A DNA stretch of 64,000 nucleotides, from the NCBI GenBank assembly GCA_045837725.1, contig JBEWZL010000211.1:1-64000 (forward strand), written 5' to 3'. This DNA is from Vermamoeba vermiformis (Eukaryota). The position numbers and the translations under genes were made by a program. The notes below the pieces were generated by a model. That model was not told the origin of the DNA, ran no database searches, and was given only the letters and a program-made list of their open reading frames with translations. This document shows, piece after piece, positions 26,480 to 39,675 of this stretch; position 1 is the stretch's first letter; the number at the start of each line of letters is the position of its first letter.

Positions 26480-26907
26480 TATCTACTTCCTCAAATACAA
26501 TTTCGGTACCGTAGGTATAGTATTTGTTGTGTCTGATATTAAGGAATTATTGAATTCATGCTCGTGCTCCTAGTTGTTGACTTTTCATGTTCGGAGTAAT
26601 TTTAAAGTGCTGATCGACGTCTAAAAAATCTTATAGAGATAATAGGACTAGGCTGAATAGCACACCTCTTCCATGTTTATAATCACTAAGCCGAAACTTG
26701 ACAATAGAATCACAGGAAGTCGGTAGCGACATCCATCTTGTAAAGTTTACTCTTGCAGAGCTATGCGACGATTTGATGTTTTATAACGCCTCTAGACTTT
26801 ATTTATTTACTATTAATGACGCTATTTCCACGAATTATATACAAGGTAACTGGCAACATCAGTTACATTTTCAACAAAATTACAAAAAAGCTACATCTAA
26901 CCAAAAA

Positions 26908-29532
26908 CTAAACGCTAAAGTTCACTCGCTCTTTGTACCTCTTAAAGTACTCTTGTAGCGAGCGATGCTTATAATCCTCTATGAGCAGTTTGACTTGTAG
27001 ATCCGACAGCAAGTAATCCTCCGTCTTCGTTACAAACGCAAAACTTTCATCGATGAGCTTCAATAAGTACACAGTCGCTTGGACTAACTCTAAAGTAATA
27101 GAGTGGGCCAAGTACCTATTAAATAAACAAAATAAGGGTCAAAACTAGATCTCGCGAAGTACCAGATTCAAGTCAACTTACCGACAAATGTTGAATGGGG
27201 AAATGAACAAATCCACTATGAATCGCTGGGCATCGGCCATCTGGGCACCAGTAGCTGTCTCTAAATGATATAGCACGAAGGCTCGATGATCGGCCTCGAC
27301 ATCCGGATCCAGATGTACGAAGGTATGTCCAGTCTGGTGATTATGGCTATTATAGTGCGTAGCTGTAAGCTCAGGGTGCTGTTGTTGAATCTTTTGACGT
27401 CGTTGCAAGAAATAATGATGAATGTAGTGGATGTACTGCGTCTCTTGCAACTCCTTGATTTGTTCTTTAAACGCCGCCTAAATATCATTACATTAACATA
27501 AGTTATTCGTACATATGATATGAGGCTTAGTAAACGCAATATTATATTGTCTGCAATAAATATAAAAGAGATCCGGTCGTTTTTGCTTACTGTAGTTTGC
27601 AAGGCAGAAAAGTGATTCTTAATGATGGTAATGCACTGCACTTCCAATACTCTCAAGCCATAGACCAGCGAGAACTCGTACAGCTCCAAGCAATTGTTCA
27701 TGTCGACACTCTTAGCGAGCACTTCCTCGCACAAGTACTTGAGACTAGGAAACTTCTTCTTATTCAAAAAATAGTAGTAACTGTTGTGCACGGCTTGTTG
27801 CTGATCGATCACGCCGTTCTGAGATGAAGTTGGCAACAACACACCACGTGACAGGATCAACGCAATTTTGTGTTCGCGTTGTTGCGTGCTTTTGATCAGC
27901 CTTGGCGCGTGATGTGAGTGGAACAACTGTTGATAAAGTGCTGTCTTGGAGCCCTCTGGTTGCGTTAACGCTGCTGGATTCGCGTGTGGATCCGTCGAAG
28001 AGCTTGCATTTCTATCACCGTCTGTTGAATAGATTATAAGTACTATACTTCTAAATAGGTTTTTATACTACAGTGCGGGTCTCTAAATAGATTGATATGA
28101 TATATAAACGTACCTATTGAATCTCGCTTGAGCAACTGCGGGTTCAAGTGAGCACCTTCCGCGAAGTTAATAAGTTCACCGTCATCCAGCTCCTTTTTGA
28201 TTTCTTGTTCGATTTCTTTGACGTTCTGAACTGAATCGATATCAGTAGGCTCCGTCGATTGCAACTTTGTCAAATTATTTTTGTTCTTGATCCAGTCTCT
28301 TCGCTGTTGAATAGCTTTGAGTGACCGAGCCTGGACTTTATATCTCCTATTAGTAGGCGGGGACATCGACGACTCTGATCGTTTGGTAGGCGGGGACATT
28401 GACGACTCTGATCGTTTGCGGACCCCATTTGTTGTCGGTGAAGGTGGCTTGTGATCTGAACGAGTGTTAGATCCGTGTGACAACAGCAGTCTATCATTAC
28501 TCTCACGTGACTCGTTAGCCATGGAGTACTCGTTGAGCAGTGACAGCCAGCCGTGCGTAGCATTGACTGTTCCGGACTTGGGTCGGCCGCCAGTACTGTT
28601 GCTCAGCGCGCCCTTTGGCTTGGCGTTGTTGGGCACTGCTTGCGTGGAATAAGTTCGCGTGATGCCCGCTGCGTTCTTTGCGTGTCCCGGAATATTTTTA
28701 GGCTGTGTCGGTCGACCACGTGGATAAGGTGCTTTTCCATTTAAGGCATTGTTGCCGGTCTTAACTGGATCCACTAACACCGTGTCCTTCTTGGGCCCGA
28801 ACAAAAACGATAGAAATCCTTCGTTCTCATCGCGCTGCTTTTTAGTCTGCACCGGAGTACTATCGCCTAACTGTACAAATTTGGAAATGTTAGCGAATTG
28901 AGTTCTTTCATTCCATAAGCACTATTTTTGGAACGGCCAATAATGCGAGAAATAGAAAATTCGTTCATGAATTTAATCTACAGGAACGAGATATTTATAT
29001 ATTAAATAGTCCATTGTATACTTATTAATGATATTATTTGTTTTTAAATTTATCGGCGCATAATAAAAATTTATAGCGTAAATTTGAAATTAATGGGTGT
29101 GTACTCGATGGATTAATATTATCCGACTATCTACGCGTAAATAATAACATCATTATAGTATATGTAATGTTACTACTTGAAATTTCTGCTTTTGAAGAGT
29201 TGACTGATATAAAAATGGATTTGATCTGACATTTCAATTCGCGTTGATCGTGTAAACGAGAAAATTAATTGATATAAGCGCCTTATAAATCTAATATTTA
29301 AAAATATATTAATTTCTGCGCGGATTTGCACAACTTGCAATATGAGTTCAAACACCGAATTAATGCAATTGTTGGCCGATAATGCCAATAAAATAATATT
29401 TTAGCGTTATAAATAATAAATAACGCTAAAATAAACAATTTAATGTAAATAGTTGTAATTGCTTACATGGACGTCTGGATCAGAGAAGGATCTTCCTCCA
29501 GTTCGAGGTGTTTTTACTTCTGTGTTGCCCAT
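26908..29532 (-). CDS. Hypothetical protein with BACK/BTB-associated helical segment; possible N-myristoylation (MGNT)
   Basis: FPSLKYLCEEVLAKSVDMNNCLELYEFSLVYGLRVLEVQCITIIKNHF resembles BTB-C-terminal/BACK helices. Exons were joined by GT-AG sites and the start is inferred. Confidence 0.55.
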
Positions 29533-29888
29533 AGGCTCGTAATAATATTATCTACTGCTAAGAGCCTTTTCTCGAGTGAATCAATCGGCTGCAAGTCAAA
29601 TCCTCTTCTAAGAACTATTGAAAAGGCGGGTGAGTTCGCCAATAGAATACAAGGTTATAAGTATATAAACACTAATAGTGAGTTTAGTGTTGTTGTTTTA
29701 TGAAGGGACGAAACAATAAAAAGATTTTCAAGCACGTGTTTAATTTTAAATGATAAAAATAGGTGCACATCCGCTGAGGAACCTTACAACGAATGGTCTC
29801 TTGGTATATTGGTACTAATACTATTTAATACACGAGAACGTCAATTGAACTTCATTTATTTACAGAGGAAGAATGGTCGCGAGCTCGA

Positions 29889-30997
29889 TCAGATTGCAAG
29901 AGCCAACAATGCAGCTGCGCTGAGCATAGCAGCGGAGCAATAATAACCACCTGCACCGCTTTGCAAATTCGCAGAAGGAGTGTTTGTTTGAGGAAGAGGG
30001 GTACCAACAGGCGCGATCGGCGCAGACGTAACGGGTTCCTCAACAGGTGGAGCAACAGGTACGTACTCGGCGCAGCTTCCTAAATGAGCAGTGCATGCGT
30101 CACTAGCAATCCAATTGTCGCATTGGCTTCCTCCGCACTGGTCCTTGCAACGCGTAACATTAACTCCTCCGTTGGCACCGCAAGAGAGGGTGATCCACCA
30201 AATAGCGCCCTTGACCTCCATAGGAACGCAGTAATCGTAGCGAGCTATATCAAATAAGAAGAGACCGTTAGTACAGGAAATTTTACAGCTGGATGTGGAT
30301 TTGACGAGAACAACATCAATGAGATTTCCTCGTGCATGAGATACTGTAAGCAAGTGATCTGTAGATATACATAATCACGTGCTCTGATCTGCACCATAAA
30401 GCATGCACGAAGAATTTGAGAGTTGGAAATCTCGTAAATTCTGAAGAAAGTGATAAACCAAGTTTTTGAGGTTGTTAAGAATTAAGTATGACCCTCATAC
30501 GCGTAAAATAGAAGCGTAGCTAAGAATCAAGCGAAAAATGATAAATTATTCTTAAGATGCGCTAAAACTTACCGGTCGCCTCAATGAGCGGGTTAGCACA
30601 GTCAGTGCCGTCGTTCATATATACATAAGGCCATCCTGCAGTCACGACAAAGTCGTCGGGGGCAGTCGTTGGGCAGTTAATTGTCTTGCGGAATGGAGAA
30701 TCAATGCCAGTAAAAGGGTCGCATCCAGCAGGCGTGCAGGGGTCGGTAGTAAGATCCTAATAATGAATTTAGATTAATCATCATTATTATAGTCGAGCTA
30801 GCATAATAGTATTTTATCTATTATCAAAATAACATGAAAGCGGATTCGTTAGCGATACGTACCAAGTATCCTCCAGCATATACAGCATCGCAAATACCAT
30901 CGTCTCGGAGATAGACTTGCTTAAGTCCGAAGACTTGAGGAGCTAATTGCATGAAAGAGAGAAGTAGTACGGAGAATACAAAGATCTGACGCGACAT
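29889..30997 (-). CDS. Secreted Cys-rich surface protein, probably GPI-anchored
   Basis: Signal peptide MSRQIFVFSVLLLSFMQLAPQVFG, Cys-rich body, P/T-rich stalk and hydrophobic C-terminus SAAMLSAAALLALAI; 3 exons. Confidence 0.7.
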
Positions 30998-31563
30998 CTG
31001 TTGTTCTTGTTTGAAGTTGTAAACTGATAATGAAAAAGCGAATGATGACAAATAAGTACCTGCGTAGGTTGGTAAAATTTTGAAATAAAAGATTTCTACA
31101 ATAGATTTCTGTTCAGATATGTGGACCGAGCCCTAAACTTTTCACTAAAAAGGCGAATCTGACCATTTTCAGACAATTTTTCGCCTCCGCGATTCGTTAA
31201 ATAATTCCCTTATTTCACCGTCGCGTAAGATCTCAATTTGAAACAAGAACACTTACCGCGTGTCATGGTTGAGTTGGACTGGCTAGGAATTGCTTGACAA
31301 CCTAACGGTGGCACTATTGACATAATGATAAATGTACTAATGTGGAGATTTGCCCGCAGGTACACCTGGAACACAAAATAATATTAGTTTTCAGATTTAC
31401 GCTCGCAATCTCGTGCCCTCGTTTTGAAACACGTGAAAATACGTAGTAATTTCATTAAATACTGTCAAATTTTAATTTATCGTGCATAAATACTGGACTG
31501 AGGCATTTCTATTGTATACCTAATCACCAAACTAAATAAATCTGATCACGTACCTTATTCAAC

Positions 31564-31896
31564 ATGGAACAAGCCATTACCCAATGCCAAGCAGTGCACG
31601 CTTCCGTGCTTAGAACATTTTTGCATTGCTCTTCAATGGGAGGCAAGCACGTCACTCCGGACCATCTGCGTCTCTTGATCGACTGCCAGCAGATTACTGC
31701 GACCGCCGCCGACTTCATGTTACGAAAGTCTCCATTGCATCATCTTACTTGCCGAGCTTGCGCTGAGGTTTGCGAACAGATGGCGCAAGATTTTGAAAGT
31801 ATCGACAAAAACGACAAAGATATGATGAAGAGCGCTGAGGAATGTCGCAAATGTGCTAAATTATGTCGAGAAATGTCACAACAGAAGCAAAGCTAA
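31564..31896 (+). CDS. DUF326 / four-helix-bundle copper-storage (Csp3/YhjQ-like) protein, intronless
   Basis: HC..MGGKH..P.HLRLL.DC..I...AADFMLR.S.LH..TC.ACAEVC...ECRKCA.LCREM pattern, with no signal peptide. Confidence 0.8.
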   Translation: MEQAITQCQAVHASVLRTFLHCSSMGGKHVTPDHLRLLIDCQQITATAADFMLRKSPLHHLTCRACAEVCEQMAQDFESIDKNDKDMMKSAEECRKCAKLCREMSQQKQS

Positions 31897-32082
31897 GCTG
31901 AATTGTGGTCATTTGACCGTTGTAGAGAAATAAATGATTTGCCTCCAGATTCGGCCTTATTTTTCAAACTTGAATTATAAAGCCATGATCCTTAGTAACC
32001 ACAAGCGAGGGTGATATTACTAATATCCTAGGATCTAGATAAATAATTGTTGTTTATTCACAAAGAGGATCGAAGTTTGTCC

Positions 32083-32946
32083 TTAAAGCATATTTTGCGG
32101 GAACAAGCCGGGCATCTCTTTAGCAGCGCGCTTAATAGGCTTGGTAAAGATACCAACATTGTTAGAACTGCAGCTCTTAGGCAATTCAAAGACGCTTTCA
32201 TCGACGGATCCTTCGTAATCAGTCGTGTACGCGTAGACAGGGCCCATATCCTTGCCTTCAATGATTTGCATCATCAAGTCATTGCCGCGCCAGCACGTAG
32301 TAGCAGTGCTGAAACCTATTATACACGCGATTAGAGAACGTCGTTTCAGGGAATTTAACTGAAGATCTCGTTGTAATTTAACTATCAAACGTGAAAATAA
32401 AGGGCTTATTGTCTTCATACCGTAGTCATTTTTCCAAGCATCGCAAAGCTTGCCGTCAGGAAGAGATTTAGTACCAACATAAGTAGCAGCATTCAAAAAG
32501 GCCCACGGATCCGACCAAGGAGGCGATTGCATTGTTTGGCATTCGTTAGTGGTTACATTGATGGCGTATAACTTGCCCTATTCAAATAACGGTTATTAAT
32601 GCTGCCTCTTACAGCTATTGTAGTATGACAACTTACGAGGTTATAGAATCCGATGTACGACATTGTTTTTTCGCCCTTTTGATTGAAGAAATCGGTTCGG
32701 AGACTAAAAAACGTATCGATTAGACTTATATATGCATTTGAAATGGCATTTTTAGTAAAAGAGCACTTACTTCTTGTGGACACCATCGTAATAGCCACGA
32801 GTGAAGCTGTAGCCAAACGAACCCATAGTAAAGATTGAGGCTTGGAACACGTTGGATGGCTTGGGCTTGGCGGGGTCGAAGCCGTAGACAAGTGTGGCTA
32901 GGCACAGAGCAGTAGCAACGATAAGAGTTGTTTTCAAAGTCGACAT
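32083..32946 (-). CDS. Secreted ependymin-related (EPDR/LolA-like fold) protein
   Basis: Signal peptide, GYYDG...LRTDF, YVG......CDAW and C-terminal DESVFELPKSC, a pattern typical of EPDR-like proteins. The family assignment is by eye. Confidence 0.55.
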
Positions 32947-33852
32947 GTCAAAAATTTATGATTTCGATTAGCTGTTGTTTTCTTCGTTAGAAGTTGATTG
33001 AAATAACGAACCGAGCTTAGCTATTTATACTTTAAAATTTTCAGTGCGCATCGAGGCACTTGCAATTTTTGATTCACAAAGCACTCGAAAATTGGAATTG
33101 TCGAAGGAAGTTTACGGATCAAACAAACTGTTTGGTTCACACAACACGCTATAAATTAAATATTCAGAACGAAGATTACCTCGGATGAAATGCGTTGCAC
33201 CAAAAGTATTGAAAATTAACCTGATTTTTTCGCTGGTTTAGATGAGGTTTGGTAATTAGGTGCATAATAATCGTGTATTGGTCCTCTTTCGTTCCGTTCG
33301 ATGAGATTGATAATAAACTCTTCTGTTATATTTTTTGGTCGCATCATGGAATGTATATTACGAGTTGTGGGTTCAAGGAAGTTGTTGCAGTAAACTGAGC
33401 GTGGGCCAATTTTTTGTTGCCTCGCAATACCCAACCACCGAAGCAATGACATATCTGCTTGCTTAGTCTATAACTATATTATTTATATTATTAATACTAG
33501 TATTATTGATACGGCTGTCCTCCTAGTCGTTTGGTTGTAACGATGACAAACCAAATCCAGTAAGCTTGAAATATCAATATTTGTCCAGCCGTATTACGTG
33601 TAATATTTTTCTATCATTTTTAGCGATATTCATTGCATTTTTCTCAATAACAAAGATTTGCCCCCACAAATTTGATCTTGGATCTCTTTGCATTCTTTTG
33701 GCGCGCAAGAATGGGGAGCAGCCACGTTTAATTTGACGAATTTTGACCACAGAATAGTTCCTACTTTTTTCTGGCTCTGCAAATTTGGCTCTGAGAAAAT
33801 ATAAAAATGGATGGACTTACGAGCTGAATCACTTGTTTTCATCCTGCCTAAT

Positions 33853-36800
33853 ATGTACACCACATTAGGACTAAAAAACAGCGCGATCAAGCGTTTGTAC
33901 TCGGACATGGCCGAGCTGCTGCAAGATCCGGTGTGGCGAGCCAGTGCCTTGCCCTTGAGCGACAATATATTCGAGTGGCAGGCCTTTGTGGACCAAAAGG
34001 CTCAGGCTTTGAAAATGTGCCTCTGCACTTCGTTATGACCTTTTCAGAGCAATATCCAGCGAGTAAGTTCGCGATCGAGATCGAGTTGAGCGAAGAATTA
34101 ACTTTCTATTCTTTTAGAGCCTCCTATTGTCCGCCTTGGCACTACTATAATGCACCCCAATGTTTTTGGCAATAAGTTGTGCCTGGATATGCTTGAAGAA
34201 GGGATGTGGTCCCTCGATTATTTTACTGTAAGTAGATTCGACCGCTTATTAGCTGAACAGTTGCTAATAATAGTACAGAATGACCCTTATACTGGCTGGT
34301 CATCCGCGTATGGTGTTTCAGCTATTCTTCGACAACTGCAAGTTTTTCTGTTGGATCGTAATGGCTACGGCAAATCTACGCACGAAGTCAGCACAGCCCA
34401 TAATTACCAATGCCCGGGCTGTCAACATAGAGGGAACTTGCCTTGGCCTCCTATGAAAGATAGTGACAAGATTATTGAGACTAGACTTCTTAAAGCCCCT
34501 AAAATGGCAACGACCACTAAGGCCATGCAGCGCTTGTTCAATTCACTACAAGGCCAGTACTATGAAGAAGAGCCCGAGCCTACTTCGCACGATCAGACGC
34601 CGACTAAGGAGAACATTCAACCGAACATTCAGCCTCAAACCAGCAACGTGAAAGTCGAAAAAGTTGACACGAGTACCATGCCTGAGCAGGTCAAGACGGA
34701 AGCGCCGGTGACACCTGCCAAGGCCAATTCTCAGCAAAAAAAGAAGCAGGCACAGCCTACGCCGAAGCAAAACAATAACCCAAGGAATCCTAAAGTGTCG
34801 GCAGCTGGATTCATCGAGGAAGTGTGCGCACCTCCAGTCCCTACCAAGACTCCTAAGAATAAGAAGGCCAAACGAAAGTCACCACCTAGCTACGTAGACC
34901 AGTTGATCAAAGAGTCAATTGAGGCAGAAAAAGAGCGACTAGCCAGAGCTCAAGAGAGGAAGGCTAAGAAAGCTCAGAAGACTCAGTCAAAGCCAGACAT
35001 CGAAGATGCCACCGTGACACCTGTCAAAAATGACACTTCAGATGTCATCATGACACCTCCTCAAACACCTTCTCCGACACAAGAGCCTAACGTCATCGAC
35101 ACACAGCAAGCTGACGTAGTCTCAGTAACACCGGTGGCGGCTGTTGCTCAGCCTCAAAATGGCAACAACGCTGACGCTAGTGTTCCTGCATCCAAGCGCA
35201 AGGCTCAACCAAAGCAAAAGAAGCAAACGAAAAAACAAAAACAAAACAATACTACTACTCACAAGAAGCCTGTTCACGTGCCTACATCAGGGTTTATCAT
35301 CGAGGAAGACTGTGCTACGCCGCAGAATGGCGAGCAAAAGTCGTCTCCGAGTTACGTTGATGCGTTGATTAAAGAAACTATAGCGAAAGAGAAAGAGAAG
35401 CAGCTGAAGGCTCAACAAAAGAAGGCCAAGAAGGCTCAAAAGAAGCCCGAGCCAAAGCCAGCCAAAGATTCTGCTCCTGTTACAACACCTGTCGAAAGTG
35501 ACACTTCGAGCGGTACTTTGACACCTGTCAACACAGCTGCACCTGCACCTTGGATCCAGAAGCCCGAAGTTATTGAAGAACCTGAGGACGTCTATCGCGT
35601 GACATTATCTGACATGCCTTATGACGTGCTGCTGAACATAATTCAATATTTCATGTGGACGGATCTGACGAGCATGGCGTGTGTCAACAAACAACTGTCA
35701 ACCATCACGCAAGAGAGTCACGTGTGGAAGACTTTGTGCATGAACTACTTGCCAGGTGCTCCTATCATCGTGAAGACAATGTCCGAAAAGATGAAAAGAA
35801 AGCGTGCTGCCGCTGATGAAACTTGCTGGCGCGAAATGTTCTTGAAAGGCAGAGACTTCGTTAAAAATGAACTGCGATGCTTCCATTCAAAATTATCCTT
35901 CGAGGACGACGTTATGGTAAGTTTTGCGAGCGATTTTGAGGATATAAAATTACGGGTAATAATATTTCCTTTTTAGGGAATTCCGTTGAACATCGTTTAC
36001 GGCGAAGGAAACAACAGATGGATCGTTGGTATATCAACGACCTTTGATATTATTTCTAAACAAGCGTTTTACGGAGATGGTATCCGCAAAGCTTGTTGGA
36101 AACAGCCGTTCAAGTTCTGGCTGCCGATCTACATCAACAAGCAACACGCTGCGATGGCTCGAAAATTCTTCGAAACGAGCGTTGAGCGTGTTGTCGGCAG
36201 TCCTTTTAAGCCCACTGATGTAACGACTATCTTGCCTAAACTCATGAGCACGATGGTCGTTGAAGTCAGTGATCAAAAGTCGCATGGTACGTTAATTTTT
36301 CCTTATATGGTAATAAGCGATCGGATCTGACTTTGATCTTCTTATAGCTTCTGAAAAGGCGTTAGAAGGATACTGCTGGTTCCACCGTTGGTTCTTAGAA
36401 TATGTTACCAAGAGTCTTAGTGTTAAAACAGCAGTTAATCAACGACTAGCGAGCTTCGTCCAAGATCCGAAATTCAGAACGAAAAAATTTACGCAATCTC
36501 TCGGCGAATGGATCTGCTTGCTATCTGTTAGTGATAAGTTCGGCTGGGCCGATGTTTCCGCTGCTTACATTAACGAGAGTAAGTACACCAAAAAAATTCT
36601 TAGAAATTAAATGCTCATAATTTTTCTTCTAGGCTTTGATCGTAATGCTAAATGGAGTCTTCAAAAGTTCCCAGAATTAGCTAATCGCAATTTATCGTGC
36701 GATGAGCGGATGCGCAAGACTTTTGAAGGCTGTTTAGTCTCCATTCGTTTGTTAATGTTCCACGTGTTCTTCTTAGACTTTGTTAGACCACGTGGCATGT

Positions 36801-37139
36801 CGTTAGAACGCATCAAGGTACGTTAAAGACATCACTTTCCATATTTAGTAATAATAATCAAAATTAATTTAAATTTATTTTTAGGATCAATATGACGCGT
36901 TCTATGGAATGCTATCGCATTCACAAAAAGAAACCTTCCAAAAGGGTGTCTTTGAAATTCTAAATATTAACAATTGGGAGGATTTCTTCTTAAGCATCAA
37001 ATTGAAGAAGATCCCGACCGAAGAGCAGTTCGAGAAGATCTTAATCAATGCAATTTTGAATTCATATTGTAAAGGCTATCATAAGGTGCCTAATCATGAA
37101 AAGCAACGAAAAGATCTCGTGTATTCGTTGCTTCCTTAA
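33853..37139 (+). CDS. UBC (E2)-domain + low-complexity linker + F-box + uncharacterised C-terminal domain; frameshift at ~33980
   Basis: AIKRL..D, PLSDNIFEW, GP, F...YP, HPNVFGNKLCLDML (catalytic Cys) and GWSSAY. F-box LSDMPYDVLLNIIQYF...DLTSMACVNKQL...VWKTLC. C-terminal LRCFHSK, WLPIYINKQH and HASEKALEGYCWFHR. Confidence 0.8.
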
Positions 37140-37460
37140 TAAAAAAAAATGATTGCCGGACTTTCACCTGCACATTCCAAGTCATTGTTTGACATGTGTC
37201 ATTACTTGCTTCTCAGTTCTTCATTTGCAGCCCTTTATTCAGTACGTAGCATCTATTATTTAAAAATTGTTCCAGCTTGCAGTACGAAAATATGACGCGT
37301 GTCAAATGAAACTAGGGCCAAATGGGATTTTCCTTTGTGCTTGAATCATCGGAGGTGTTCCGTTATGTAAATAGCGAAAAGTTATGGTAAATATTCATCG
37401 TAGATATAAAAATGTAGTAATTTATGCAAGTAGTTACAAGACGAATTAATAGTCTTTGTG

Positions 37461-38258
37461 TTAGTTACAGTTCTCGTCGAAGAACAAGTAAGTAGCGCGG
37501 TACAACGAGGCACTAGGACCAGCAGGCACATTAAAATAGAGATGACGACCGTCGTCGAAGTCAAACGCGATCCAGAATCCTTTTGACTGAACGTAATTGT
37601 TGCCGCCGCTGCTGAGAATCGTTCTTGTGCAAATACTGTTGTCGAAGTATTGTACTTGCTTAGAATTATAAATATCATTCGCTGGCGAGTCGCTCCAGAA
37701 ATCTGCGTAGCTGATCGAGACATTGAATTTCAGTGAACCATCGGAGCTTGTACCTAAAGGCTCGAATTAGCCTGATCATAGTATTAATATTGTTATTGTA
37801 TTATTTACCGTTCATAACAACATCAAAGAGGGTTGCCCATTTGAAATCAGGCGAGCTTCGAAGACCAAATGTTGGAAACGTTCCGGTTGCACTAAACGGA
37901 TAAGAAGTGTGCGTATAAGTGTCGTAAAGAGTAGCACTGAGTCCAGCATATCTGTTTTCCTCATCTACGGATCGTTAGAATCCGTTTAGCGAATCCGTTC
38001 GTCGATCGAATCCAACTTACTCAAAAGAACTAAAATAGCGTAGAAATTGCCATTATTGAACTCCAATAGCCATCTATGTTGCTGATTGTCCGAGACATTG
38101 AACGGATTGGAGTTCTGAGGGAATGTAAGTCCTTCGTTATTGTAGAAGCTTTCGTTGGTAGATGACGGGTCTGTTGGGCAGATCTGTGCGCTAACGCCGT
38201 AGAGAGCAATCAATACTATAGCGCAGACAAAGTACGAGCGATGTTGAGCGATATTCAT
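37461..38258 (-). CDS. Secreted hypothetical protein (paralog A of a divergent pair)
   Basis: Signal peptide; 3 exons by GT-AG; shares the FDNS.CT..I motif with 38764..39675. Confidence 0.65.
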
Positions 38259-38763
38259 TGTGAAGTTGTGGAGCCAAGTTGGATTTGGATGCCACAACAA
38301 CGCGAAATCGTTTATATTCTTTCAGGCACTTCTAAATCAGGTATTGTGCGTAATCTCCAACAAATGAGCTAAATTGCACGTGTTTTTCCGGGATAGAGCG
38401 CCGTTTAGTTCGCAAATGCAGCACCATTTTTGTTAGATGCGCCAGCAAGAGACCTCACTTCGATTAATACTGATGACAGCTATCAAAATTAGAATATATT
38501 AATATGTTTGAAAATATTATGGTAAGTAATTTCGTTTTTAAAATACAAGAGCGCGTTGCCGTGAAATTTTTGGCGAAATCCATTTTAAAAATTATCATTA
38601 CCTTCTGTCCTAATCATGGTACATGTCGATGCGCATTACAACGAATTTTTATATATTTTTTTGGGGCTTGTTTTTCGTCAGATTCTAGAGGGAGCGATAA
38701 AAAGCGGATTCGCACCTCATTTTCAGTCCAATTAATGCTGTTACCCACGCATCGTCTTATAAT

Positions 38764-39675
38764 ATGACTAACGCAAAGTATTTAGTCGTGGTGGTATTGT
38801 TGTTTTGTTTGCGCGATTGTTCTTGCAACAATTCTGATCCCTGCTTGAACAATCCGAACCCAAACTCGATTGTACCCTTCAGACAAGTCGTGACTACCAA
38901 CTCGTATTTGTACTCACCTTATGGCGAAGAATTAAGCATTTACGATAGCACTAACTGCTATTTGCTCCACATTTTCTCGTTTTCGACTTCGATCTTTCAA
39001 TACGAATCCAGTACGTTTAGTGGGTTTTTGTTACTTTTCCTTTCTGATTTGTATTATAGGCGTGTATCCTACTTCTTCTCAGGCAAGTATCAGTGGTTAT
39101 CTCCAAGACACTTGCAATAATGGCCAGCAACTTAATCTATATGCATTCGAACACTCGAACAATCCTATATTAAACTTCCCTTCTGCCACCTTATCTCCAG
39201 TTAATGTTAGTCCGTTATTTTTACAAGGTATGATCGCTCAAACACGTAACGCAATTCTTAAATATTTATTTTAGGAAGTTTATTCAACGGATCGTACACC
39301 TGGACTGCTAACGTGACTCTGGATGCAGCTACTTTCACGTCTAATATTAGTAATCCATCGGATGTATATCAGAAAGACGAATTTGTTACCTTTGACAACT
39401 CGCCGTGCACGATTCGAATCCGACAAGATTTCGTTGACCGAGCGTCCCTATACTCGCCGAATATACCACTGAGAATTCGACTCTACAACGGAACATTGCT
39501 ACAGTTTACTTTTCCCGCTAATACGCGCGCTTTAGCCTCCAGAACAGTCACTCAGAAATATTATCAACAATGCACCTGCGCTGAATCTTCTTCTGATGCG
39601 CAAGCCACAACTGAAAATCAATACAGATTTACTCCTCCAACCATTGCTGGTGTTCGTACGTCATTGGAATGTTGA
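38764..39675 (+). CDS. Secreted hypothetical protein (paralog B of a divergent pair)
   Basis: Signal peptide MTNAKYLVVVVLLFCLRDCSC, multiple exons and the FDNSPCTIRI motif. Confidence 0.65.

Noticed and set aside
28353-28418. 33-bp tandem duplication encoding KRSESSMSPPT twice
   Set aside because: An ordinary in-frame duplication in a disordered region.
29397-29433. Perfect 14-bp inverted repeat TATTTTAGCGTTAT/ATAACGCTAAAATA in an intron
   Set aside because: It is AT-rich, single copy in the window and has no target-site duplication, which is insufficient for a MITE call.
33216-33452. 78-aa intergenic minus-strand ORF
   Set aside because: No motif, homology cue or splice support is visible.
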